From Flavobacteriales bacterium (lineage in GTDB: Bacteria > Bacteroidota > Bacteroidia > Flavobacteriales_C > GCA-002722245): a stretch of DNA of 64,000 nt. Of the stretch, positions 18,422 through 27,574 are shown piece after piece. Where the stretch lies: assembly GCA_046074525.1 (NCBI GenBank), contig JBJTOK010000038.1, positions 128,305-192,304 of the forward strand. Reading direction: 5' to 3'. The translations under genes were made by a program, and so were the position numbers. The number at the start of each line of letters is the position of its first letter. The stretch's first letter is position 1. Below the pieces are notes generated by a model. The model was given only the letters and a program-made list of their open reading frames with translations. It ran no database searches and was not told the DNA's origin.

Positions 18422-19351
18422 CTATTTATTAAAAACCTTTTTTTCTTTGGTTCCATCAAGGCTATATAAATACCAGGTTCCTGTTTGGAACCCATTTTTA
18501 TTGTACTTTCCCTCCATCTTGATAGTACCATTGGTATAATATTCTAAATAGCTTCCTGTTTTATAATTCCTCTTTATTTTAACTTGACCATTTTCATAAT
18601 ACTCCAAGTATTTCCCCGTATGATCTTTACCTAAAAACATCCCATTTAAATAAAAGTCATCGAAGAAAATCTTATAAACCCCTTGAGCATCTGAAGTAAT
18701 CCATTCATTTTCAGAAACACAAAAATCATATATGGACTGAATTGATCCATTTAAATAAAAAGTAGTGGCTTTGACACTTTTTTCAGGTATGCTCTTCCAT
18801 TTAGAGTAGTTATAGCTTTGTGTTATTTGACCTGTAGAATCGCAATAATTCCAAAGTCCCACTTTTCTTCCACGAATATATTCTCCTTTGGCCTTTATCG
18901 CAGAGTTGCTTTCATGATAGTAAATCCAAACTCCTGATGGCTCATTAAAACAAAGATTTCCTGTAGCTGATACTTTCTGAGTAGAATAAAAGTATGCGGT
19001 AAATGCTCCATGATGAAATCGTTCGTCGATATTTACCCATTCTTTTTTTGTATCAGAACAACAATAATATGTTTTGACAGAGTCTTCATAAATAGCACAA
19101 ATCCTTTTCTCTGTAGCGTTGGAGGAATCTAGTTTATCTATTCCTAAATTATAGCAATACAAATTCATTTTTGAAGCAGTATACAATGGATGAAAATGTC
19201 CTTCAACTCCATCAAACAATTGCTTATGATTGTTATAAAATAAAGTATCGGTAATTTTACTAATTACCCAGCGTTGTGAAAAGCTAATATTTATTAGCAG
19301 TAAAAACAGGAGCGATAGTACCCATCTTAAATTTGATTTTTTAAAATTCAT
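18422..19351 (-). CDS. Secreted MORN-repeat-variant (YwqK-like) protein
   Basis: Signal peptide; C-terminal tandem repeats of the GxYxEYYENGQxKxKxNYKxG type characteristic of MORN-variant/YwqK-family proteins. Confidence 0.55.
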   Translation of the reverse strand: MNFKKSNLRWVLSLLFLLLINISFSQRWVISKITDTLFYNNHKQLFDGVEGHFHPLYTASKMNLYCYNLGIDKLDSSNATEKRICAIYEDSVKTYYCCSDTKKEWVNIDERFHHGAFTAYFYSTQKVSATGNLCFNEPSGVWIYYHESNSAIKAKGEYIRGRKVGLWNYCDSTGQITQSYNYSKWKSIPEKSVKATTFYLNGSIQSIYDFCVSENEWITSDAQGVYKIFFDDFYLNGMFLGKDHTGKYLEYYENGQVKIKRNYKTGSYLEYYTNGTIKMEGKYNKNGFQTGTWYLYSLDGTKEKKVFNK

Positions 19352-19380
19352 GATCCCGTATTAACATCCTGTACTTTCCT

Positions 19381-19611
19381 TTAATCCGCCAACACTCCCC
19401 TATGCGGCCTTAACGCATCCCTCACCATCTTCATATCCTTTTCCTCCACAACGATAAAAGCCATCCAATGTTGCTGCTCCCCTTCTACCCCTGTAGAAAA
19501 AAAGGAGAGTTTGGCCCTTTCGGCAAACTCTCCCAAATGAATTTTATGATGTTTGGCAATACCTTCAGAATCAGGTCCGCGGAAATCCCAGATCATTTTA
19601 ATTTTACGCAT
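19381..19611 (-). CDS. Small conserved hypothetical protein (76 aa)
   Basis: Clean ATG at 19611, 23 nt after the stop of the giant upstream gene; no recognisable motif. Confidence 0.35.
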   Translation of the reverse strand: MRKIKMIWDFRGPDSEGIAKHHKIHLGEFAERAKLSFFSTGVEGEQQHWMAFIVVEEKDMKMVRDALRPHRGVLAD

Positions 19612-19634
19612 AGCGCAAAACTATCTTAAAAAAG

Positions 19635-22600
19635 CTACCTGAACAAGGTCACTCTTCCGATCTGAGTTTTCGGCTTGCCGGTGAAGGAATCTGTATAGAT
19701 CAATTTCCATACATACACATCAATCTCGGCATCACGTAAAGTATTGGCACGTTTTCCATTCCATGGTTCGTCAATCACTGTAGATTTAAAGATCACTTCA
19801 CCCCAGCGGTCGAAAATCAGGAATTCGTAATTGTCGCACTTATCACACTTGTGATTGATTCCCGCCGGATAGAAGACTTCATTCTTGCCATCGCCATTTG
19901 GTGTAAAGGCATTTGGAATGTACAAAGTGAACTGCCCCTTGATGTAAATCTCTTTCATCACTGTATCGGCACACATTGCGTTTTGCGCAATGAGGGTCAC
20001 CGGAATCGTATCGCCTTCAGGAGTATTGAACAACACTATTTCATCTTCGTTGGCCGAAGCAGATGGAGTGCCCAGCATGCCGAAATCCCAAAGGTAATTG
20101 GTAGCACCAGTCGACTCGTTATCAAAGGTAACTGTAGGATCCAGTGAACTTACAGGATCCGGACTGTAAACGAAACCAGCCACCGGAACTTCGGAAATGA
20201 TTACAGAGGTAGCTGTATCCGCCACACAGCCATTGGTAAACACTACCGACAAAGTGACCAGGATTCCGTTACCCGCCTTGGTATAAGTGTGACTCGTTGA
20301 AGCGTCAGCGGCAGTAATATCCTGTGTTGCACCATCACCAAAATCCCAATGCGCACTCAATACATTCGCAGTAGAACTATCAGTAAAATTGATGGTCACC
20401 GGCACACATCCTCCTGCAACATCAGGGGCGATGATGGCTTGTGGCAAGGCATCTACCTGTATCTGGATAGAATCGGTATTAGGACATAAGCCACCCTGAG
20501 TGTACTTGATCCAGTGCAAACCTTGTCCGGCCACAGCAGGATCAAACAATCCGCTGGCACTTACGCCTGGTCCGCTGAAAGTACCACCTGCTGTATTCGC
20601 TACCAATTGCTGTTTTGGTAAATTTTCGCAAAACGGTCCGGCAGCCTGTATCGACGCATCTTTAGGATCGAGAACAGAAATCATGATAGTATCTTCATCC
20701 GGACAGGTTCCTGTGGCTCCGCTGATTTTGTAGCGCACAGCATATGGTCCGCCAGCTGTTGCTATTGCAGGATCAAACATACCGGAAGCGTTAACTCCTG
20801 TTCCGGTCCACACACCACCTGGGTTAAGGGAAGTCAATTGAACTGCTGCATCATAGCTACACAAACTGTCGGCAGCACTTGTAATAGCTGCCTCTTCACG
20901 GGCAACAACAATGATATCAACACTGTCTTTCGCACTGCAGGTTGGCGTAGCGCCTGATACTACATACACTACTTTATAAGTTGTACCGGCGGTAGCCAGT
21001 GACGGATCGAATTTACCGGTGGCATCCACTAATCCGGCAGGTACTGAAGTCCAGCTTCCACCAGGTGTTGTAGCGCCGCTCAACTGAATTTGATACAGGG
21101 TAGTATCCTCACAAATCGACACCGTTGTTTTGGTGATGTCGGCCACCATTTGGTTCACTACGTGGATGGTCATGGTATCCTGTACCCAGCAGGCACCGCT
21201 GGTTTTGTAAGTGATGAGATGTGCGCCTACAGTCGCTGCCGACGGATCAAACTCACCTGTGTTTGCATTAGTGATTCCTGTACCACTCCATGTTCCCGCA
21301 CTGGACACAGCGTCTGCTTTCAGCGTTTGCAAAGGATCATTGAGGCAGAATGGACCCTGCCCCAAAGTGATCTTCGCAGTATCGGTCATGCCTACAGTAA
21401 TCAGTACGCTATCGGCAGCACTGCAGCCGATAGTTGCACCCGGAGCAACATAATACACTTTAAATATTCCGGCACCGGATACTGCTGGATCAAATAATCC
21501 TGTATTGCTCACCAAGCCCATTGCCGGAGCCGATAACCAGGTTCCTCCCGGTGTGCTGTTATTACTCAACAGTATTTGTTTTGCTGTGGCGTTTTCACAA
21601 AGTGTAGTATCAGAAGTAAGGATAATCGCTATCATCTGACCATATACTTTCACTGAAGCAGTATCCGTTACCTTACAAGTTCCGCTGGTCGTATAAGTCA
21701 TGAGGTAAGTGCCTGCCCCAACCGAAGGATCAAAAGCACCTGTAGCAGGGTTGGTAATTCCTGTACCGCTCCATGTTCCTGCATCAGAAACAGCTTCTTT
21801 CTCAATGGTCACAGCTCCTTGTGATTCGCAGAAAGCCTGCCCCGTAGTGATTTTTGCAGTATCAATTGAAAGAACAGAAATGGCAAGGAAAGCTGTATCT
21901 CCACACTGACCGGCTTTTCCGTACCAGATGGTATCTGTTCCCACATCAGCTAGTTTCGGATCGTAATAACCGAAGTTCACATCGCTAATTCCTTTTCCGC
22001 TCGTTGTCCAGAAAACACCACCAGGTGTATTGACTTCTATGGTGTCTTGCGAAGCATTATGGCAATAGCTAGTTGTTGCCGAAGTAATGGTTAAGGAAAT
22101 TCCATTTGAAATAAGGATGTTGATAGAATCGGATTCCGGACAGGCTCCTGCCGTTGCATACTTTATTTTATAAGAACCTAGTGACAATCCGCTTGGATCA
22201 AAAGCACCGCTGGAAGTATTGGTAATGCCACTTCCACTCCAGGTTCCACCAGATGTAGAACCTCCTGTCAACTGAATCGTTGTTGCAGGATCGGAATTAC
22301 AGAACGGTCCGGCAGGCAATATCTTCGCAGAATCAGAAGGAAGTACTGTGATCTTCACTGATGCAGACCCCACAGTTCCGCAGGTTCCCGAAGTCGCCAG
22401 GCGTTTGAAATAAGTAGTCACACCCAAAGCTCCCGGCGCATAACCCAAAGCCGTAGCGAGATTAATATCAAAGAAATTACTGTTATCAGTAGAAGATTGC
22501 CATTTGTAAGAATAGCTTCCTGTACCACCCGCTGCTGCAGTAAGCTGCGTCAATGCAGCAGGCACTGTATTGGCACAAATGGATTGTGGTGAACCTACAC

Positions 22601-25600
22601 TTCCCGAAGTAAGATTGGCATACACGTTCACTGTAGCAGGAGCGCCTATAGAACCACAGGTTCCCGAAGTAGCTACTCGCTTATAATACATTTTAGTGGT
22701 GAGTGCTGAAGTAGGCGTGTAAGCCGTTCCTGTTTCCCCCGCAATGCTGGTCCAGAAAGAACTATCCGAAGACGATTGCCACTGGTAAGTGTAAGTGCCT
22801 GTAGCACCAGTTGGCAAAGTAACACTGGTAAACGATGCTGGTACTGTATTGTAACAGATGTATTGGTTGGCTGCAACAGTTCCTGCAGTGAGCGGAGCAT
22901 ACACCGTTACTTTAACCGGAGCCGTGTACACCGGCGCACCTCCCGAAGTCACCATTCTTCGGAACCAGGTAGTATCGGTTAACGTTCCTGCTGTATAAGT
23001 AGCCAGATCTGCCCCTACAATATCTGTCCACAATGTACTATCTGTAGACGATTGCCACTGATAGGTATAAGTTCCGTTGCCTCCGCTTGCTGCAGTGGTG
23101 CTGGTAAAAGCAGCCGGAGTGGAATTGTAGCAAATGCTTTGGTTGGCTGCAATAACACCCGGATTGGTTGGTGATGCCACTGTAGCGCAAGTCACAATAT
23201 TTTGTGCACCAGGAGAAGGTGTAATACCCTTCATCGCTACATAAGCAGTATTGGTAATTGAACCATTGGTACAAGCCGACACAGTACCGGTCCAGGTGTA
23301 CGTAATGGTATCATTGGCCAGCACCGGACCCGCAATTTTAGGCCAGGTCACTGTTCCTGCAACATTGGTTCCTCCATTCGCTGCTGAAACGAAAGTTACT
23401 TCCGCTGGGATGGCATCGGTCATTTGCTGATCAAAACCTGAATCCAGGGCCGTGTAATAATCGGCCAGCACATTAGTTCCCCAGCTGTCTCCTCCGGCAG
23501 CATCTCCGTTGATCAATCCTGCATACCCTGCTTTTACAGTAAATCCACTCTGACTTACAGTTGGTGATCCCGTGGTACTGTTTAGCCATACTTGCGCAGT
23601 ACCGCCACTCAGTACAATTTTATAAGTAAACTTTCCTCCCGCTAAAGTGAGGGCCACTGTGCTCTTACTCAAAAGCGTTGTTCCGTTCCAGAAGGCAACT
23701 TCACAATTTCCTGCTCCTCCATTCGGTTTAAAAGTAATGTACTCGCCATTGGCCATAGCTCCGCCAGTATGCCTGAAAGCAACACCAAAAGCAGAAGAAC
23801 TTGTTGGTGTGATGGTTCCGGTTAATGTTCCGTTGGTACCATGCGAATATTTATAAGTCATTACTGTATTGCTGTTGGAAACCGAAGTGACATTACCAGT
23901 GCCAACTGCAACCGTCATATTGGATCCGCCGGATTGCTTAGTCCAGTCGGCAGCAACAGTTGGCGTGTTGACTATCGTACCGTGTGTATTTTTGTATCCA
24001 ATGGTATAAGTAATAGGATCGCCAACATTATAAGAAGTAGTGTTGGCTGTTTTCTTCATGCTTGTTTTTGGTGGTACCACGATGATAGGATCACAAGTGG
24101 AGACCACAATTGCGGTATCTGATACCAGACATTCGTTAGTAGCTGTAGCAGTAGCAACGTTGATATGCGTTTGATCTGCTTTCGGACAAACACCATCTAC
24201 TGTTACCCAGAATTTATATACCGTGCTATCACTGATTTTCATGTTGGCGATAGTTGGCCAGGTGATGGTTCCACCTGACAGATTTCCTGTTGGATAACCC
24301 GCAAAATAACCACCAAAGGTTACGCCTGCCGGGAGTATATCTGTTACCACTACATTGTTCAGCTCACGCCCCGACAGCGGAGCATCACCATAAATACGTC
24401 GCCATGTATAGCCATCCCACTCCTCTACTAACTGTTTAGTAATGGTTTTAGTAACGTTATTGGAGCAGTTGTTAGGATGGTATTTCAAAACTGCCTGATT
24501 CGGTAAAAGCGGATCAGTCCAGTCTTTAGCAATTGGCCAGTATACATCGCCGTCAGCAGCATTCATCGTTGGTTCTGCCGACCAATCGGTTGTCCAGTTG
24601 TAATTCGCCCACGCGGCATCATGCACATCAAAAACCAAACGTTGAGGCATCAACGCACCTTCGTGAATAAATCGGCCCTGCCCCGAATAGAAAGCAAGGA
24701 AAGGTGTAATGGTCGCAATCTGATTAGGGAATGTAAGCATGAATCGATGGTTCCATGTAGCCCCGGGGGTGATGGTTTGCTGGGTAGCTGTAGGCGCTAC
24801 TGACGAACCTTCATTTACAGTTGTAGCCACCACCCATGTTGGTGGCCCTGGCTTGTTGAGGTAATAGGAAACTCTGTAGTTATTGTAGTTGATATAGGCT
24901 TCTTCAGCACCGTGATAAATTCTGTATTTCAGTTTCAATGTACTGGCAGCAGCTCCTAATCCACCATGTGCGCCGGCCATAATTACACCCTGACGACCTC
25001 CATTAAGGAAAGGCACCGACTTATTTTTCACAACAATGGTATACGACACAGTATCACCTGGATGCAACTGGCTTTTGGAAGCTGTTTTGGTAATATTGAG
25101 TGGGTGCTCAGAAAGAATATCCACACAGTTTCTTTCCATTACAGGAGTAATTCTGTTAGGGTATTCGTTGCTGGTCCAACCACTACCATTGGTACAACTG
25201 ATCGTTGCCTGATTACACAACCTTCCTGTAGCACTCTTCTCCACTTTCACCACCACTTTTATACTGTCCATCGTCGCTGCGAGTCCGCCGGTTTTGAAAC
25301 CAGTAACATTTCCGATATTGAAGGTTAGGGTATTTCCCGAAACAGTAGCCGGCTTGGTAGAGCTAACATAAGTGAGTCCCGCCGGAAGTGCATCCACAAT
25401 CTTTACCCCGGTAGCGTCGGTTTTTCCATAATTTCGATAAGAAATGGTATAGGTAATCTGGTCACAGGTAGAAGCATAGGTTTTGTCTACTGCCATGTAC
25501 ACTTTCATATTTGCTGGCCCACTTCCGAAATCCAGGGGATCATGCAGGTTTCCGGAAAGCACCAGCATCCCAAGCAAACGCTTCCACTCATGAAAATAGC

Positions 25601-27137
25601 GGGCACGGGAAGTGAGATATTTTTGTGCTGGATCATTGTACTGGTCCCATTCTATAACACATTGACGGAACATCTGCGCCATCAAATTTCTATCGCCAGA
25701 AATTACTGCCGCCGGTGAACTTGTACCATGAGCCCAGTTAAGAGGAAATGCACCTCCTCCGGTTCCATCGGGATTGTAATCCCATTTAACGTTAGGTGGT
25801 CCGCCATAATCAAGGGTATTGTGTGTGCGACAAGAATTATTGTATGGCGCGGCCTCAGGCGCTTTCATAAAAGCGGCCAAACGTAAGGCGGCATCATATT
25901 CATAAGAATTTGAGCCCGCAGTGTATTCATGCGTCACGGGATTCCAGGTATTGGCAGGTGCACCATTCCACAAATAATTCAGATGTGTTCGCCAAGCCCA
26001 TCGATTATCTTCAGATGCATTGAAATGACTGAAAGTAGTTGCTGTTCCTGTAACTGTGTAAGTACCTGCCCAGGTAATATAGCCTTTAGCATGCGCCTGT
26101 CCGACCAGCCAGTCGTCGGATGCCTCCGCCCGCTTATATTGTTCAATACACCATGGAGCAGATGGACCTGCAGCAGCACCTTCAGCAGTAAGCATTTCGT
26201 AAAAACTCCTGTAGTAAGATGGTGCCGCATAATCTACATAATTCGATTGCGGCCCCTTGGTTTCAGGGATCATCCCTTTATATCCTCCAGTAGCCCAGTT
26301 GGTCGTTTCCCCCCAGGAATCTCCTCCTTTATGATAACCATCCAAACCTATTACTCCTGAAACATAATTAACATTATTCAAATTAAACTTTAGTGTGTCC
26401 ACCATAGTTTTAATGTACTTGATTGCTTCCTGTTTATAAGTTACTGGCTGACCGCTACAAGGATCAATGCAAATAGTAGCATTGTCACCCCATTGCTTCC
26501 AAGCAATCAGTAAAGCCATCGCGACATCCACGTCTCCATCCATTGCTGAATTTCCTCCGAGTGCACCTCCCAGTACGTCAGTAGGAGCGCCCAGGCTTCC
26601 TGCACCGGAAATACCCGGACTATAAGAATACCCAGGAGAGTTAACCACGCAATCAATAAAGCGTTTTGTTTTCTGGAACTGACGATCATGCGCCCACATA
26701 TAATATCCGTCGAAAGTAGCCTTGTCAGCCATGTAAGCAGCTGCTAGCAAAAAATATCCATCGCCTTCTACGCAAGTGCAATGGCCAACATCCGCACCTG
26801 AGGCAACATCATGCGGCATAATGTATTTTACACCGGCAACAGTCACCGGCCCGTATGCACCTCCTTTATTTACATTGTAAGTTAAGCTGTTGGTCATGAT
26901 CTGATAAGCATCCCTAACCCTCTGCTCCATCTCGGCATGCGGTACTCCTACTCCATTTTGTGAAGCGAGTGATGTTCCTCCGGCGTAATCCTTAAACTGA
27001 GGAAAAGGGAAATTAGGATTCCCTGAATTGATAGCAACTGTTACCTGAGAAAATACAGTTGTAGATAAAAGCAAAAAAGCACAAAGAAGAACTTGCGCTG
27101 AAGAACGAAAATCATGAAGAGGAAAACTTGGTTGCAT
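19635..27137 (-). CDS. Giant (about 2500 aa) T9SS-secreted cell-surface protein: N-terminal GH8-like glycoside hydrolase domain, SprB-like repeats, Ig-like repeat array, 2 PKD domains, type-B T9SS C-terminal sorting domain
   Basis: Signal peptide; GH8 signature-like stretch SAMDGDVDVAMALLIAWKQWG (near match to PROSITE GH8 pattern A-[ST]-D-[AG]-D-x2-[IM]-A-x-[SA]-[LIVM]-...); three QWQSS SprB-like repeats; about 8 tandem about 80-aa repeats (GPFC...GGxWSGxGIT...GxFDPS...); two WDFGDG PKD domains; C-terminal YIPNAFTPNGDGKNEVF...IFDRWGEVIFKS...WNGK = gliding-motility-associated CTD (T9SS type B). Track start TTG 27143; first ATG 27137. Confidence 0.9.
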   Translation of the reverse strand: MQPSFPLHDFRSSAQVLLCAFLLLSTTVFSQVTVAINSGNPNFPFPQFKDYAGGTSLASQNGVGVPHAEMEQRVRDAYQIMTNSLTYNVNKGGAYGPVTVAGVKYIMPHDVASGADVGHCTCVEGDGYFLLAAAYMADKATFDGYYMWAHDRQFQKTKRFIDCVVNSPGYSYSPGISGAGSLGAPTDVLGGALGGNSAMDGDVDVAMALLIAWKQWGDNATICIDPCSGQPVTYKQEAIKYIKTMVDTLKFNLNNVNYVSGVIGLDGYHKGGDSWGETTNWATGGYKGMIPETKGPQSNYVDYAAPSYYRSFYEMLTAEGAAAGPSAPWCIEQYKRAEASDDWLVGQAHAKGYITWAGTYTVTGTATTFSHFNASEDNRWAWRTHLNYLWNGAPANTWNPVTHEYTAGSNSYEYDAALRLAAFMKAPEAAPYNNSCRTHNTLDYGGPPNVKWDYNPDGTGGGAFPLNWAHGTSSPAAVISGDRNLMAQMFRQCVIEWDQYNDPAQKYLTSRARYFHEWKRLLGMLVLSGNLHDPLDFGSGPANMKVYMAVDKTYASTCDQITYTISYRNYGKTDATGVKIVDALPAGLTYVSSTKPATVSGNTLTFNIGNVTGFKTGGLAATMDSIKVVVKVEKSATGRLCNQATISCTNGSGWTSNEYPNRITPVMERNCVDILSEHPLNITKTASKSQLHPGDTVSYTIVVKNKSVPFLNGGRQGVIMAGAHGGLGAAASTLKLKYRIYHGAEEAYINYNNYRVSYYLNKPGPPTWVVATTVNEGSSVAPTATQQTITPGATWNHRFMLTFPNQIATITPFLAFYSGQGRFIHEGALMPQRLVFDVHDAAWANYNWTTDWSAEPTMNAADGDVYWPIAKDWTDPLLPNQAVLKYHPNNCSNNVTKTITKQLVEEWDGYTWRRIYGDAPLSGRELNNVVVTDILPAGVTFGGYFAGYPTGNLSGGTITWPTIANMKISDSTVYKFWVTVDGVCPKADQTHINVATATATNECLVSDTAIVVSTCDPIIVVPPKTSMKKTANTTSYNVGDPITYTIGYKNTHGTIVNTPTVAADWTKQSGGSNMTVAVGTGNVTSVSNSNTVMTYKYSHGTNGTLTGTITPTSSSAFGVAFRHTGGAMANGEYITFKPNGGAGNCEVAFWNGTTLLSKSTVALTLAGGKFTYKIVLSGGTAQVWLNSTTGSPTVSQSGFTVKAGYAGLINGDAAGGDSWGTNVLADYYTALDSGFDQQMTDAIPAEVTFVSAANGGTNVAGTVTWPKIAGPVLANDTITYTWTGTVSACTNGSITNTAYVAMKGITPSPGAQNIVTCATVASPTNPGVIAANQSICYNSTPAAFTSTTAASGGNGTYTYQWQSSTDSTLWTDIVGADLATYTAGTLTDTTWFRRMVTSGGAPVYTAPVKVTVYAPLTAGTVAANQYICYNTVPASFTSVTLPTGATGTYTYQWQSSSDSSFWTSIAGETGTAYTPTSALTTKMYYKRVATSGTCGSIGAPATVNVYANLTSGSVGSPQSICANTVPAALTQLTAAAGGTGSYSYKWQSSTDNSNFFDINLATALGYAPGALGVTTYFKRLATSGTCGTVGSASVKITVLPSDSAKILPAGPFCNSDPATTIQLTGGSTSGGTWSGSGITNTSSGAFDPSGLSLGSYKIKYATAGACPESDSINILISNGISLTITSATTSYCHNASQDTIEVNTPGGVFWTTSGKGISDVNFGYYDPKLADVGTDTIWYGKAGQCGDTAFLAISVLSIDTAKITTGQAFCESQGAVTIEKEAVSDAGTWSGTGITNPATGAFDPSVGAGTYLMTYTTSGTCKVTDTASVKVYGQMIAIILTSDTTLCENATAKQILLSNNSTPGGTWLSAPAMGLVSNTGLFDPAVSGAGIFKVYYVAPGATIGCSAADSVLITVGMTDTAKITLGQGPFCLNDPLQTLKADAVSSAGTWSGTGITNANTGEFDPSAATVGAHLITYKTSGACWVQDTMTIHVVNQMVADITKTTVSICEDTTLYQIQLSGATTPGGSWTSVPAGLVDATGKFDPSLATAGTTYKVVYVVSGATPTCSAKDSVDIIVVAREEAAITSAADSLCSYDAAVQLTSLNPGGVWTGTGVNASGMFDPAIATAGGPYAVRYKISGATGTCPDEDTIMISVLDPKDASIQAAGPFCENLPKQQLVANTAGGTFSGPGVSASGLFDPAVAGQGLHWIKYTQGGLCPNTDSIQIQVDALPQAIIAPDVAGGCVPVTINFTDSSTANVLSAHWDFGDGATQDITAADASTSHTYTKAGNGILVTLSVVFTNGCVADTATSVIISEVPVAGFVYSPDPVSSLDPTVTFDNESTGATNYLWDFGMLGTPSASANEDEIVLFNTPEGDTIPVTLIAQNAMCADTVMKEIYIKGQFTLYIPNAFTPNGDGKNEVFYPAGINHKCDKCDNYEFLIFDRWGEVIFKSTVIDEPWNGKRANTLRDAEIDVYVWKLIYTDSFTGKPKTQIGRVTLFR
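20400..23160 (-). repeat. Intragenic tandem repeat array (coding SprB-like and Ig-like modules) inside the giant gene
   Basis: Protein-level periodicity (about 80-95 aa modules, about 10 copies); mirrored on the antisense strand by mutually similar shadow ORFs (21211..21453 and 21709..21909 both encode ...VIPVPLHVPA..TAS...). Confidence 0.6.
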
Positions 27138-27574
27138 TGTCAAAGTTTAGTTTAATAGTTTAGGTGTTACGAAGCTCTGTATGCTGGGGTTAGCATCCAA
27201 GCCAGATAGGTAAAAACACGAGGATGCACTAAAGCACTGTCGCGACAAAAAAGAAATTATATAGTTATTAAAAAGGGACATTCGGGGGTTTTAAAAAATA
27301 CAATAACAGGACAAAAGCTTGTCTGCCATCGTTAACACCAGTCCCCCCCGGAACTTATTGGATACTCTTTGTGTATGGCTAAGACAATCTCACACCATAA
27401 AAGTTACATGTTAAGGTAATAATATTTTCAGGGCTGGCAATGACATTTTTTTCATTTTACTTCCTACTGCTAAGCCTTTATGGCACTATGACGATGAGAA
27501 TCAAGTCACAATGACACATAAATCATATTGGAGCAAAAATTGACTAGCGATATTTGAAATAAAACAACACATAT

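Noticed and set aside
21090-26360. Multiple 60-143-aa ORFs on the + strand inside the giant minus-strand gene (e.g. 21090..21497, 21211..21453, 21709..21909, 25929..26360)
   Set aside because: All lie antisense to a continuous 7.5-kb ORF with clear domain content. Their mutual similarity is explained by the tandem repeats of the sense gene.
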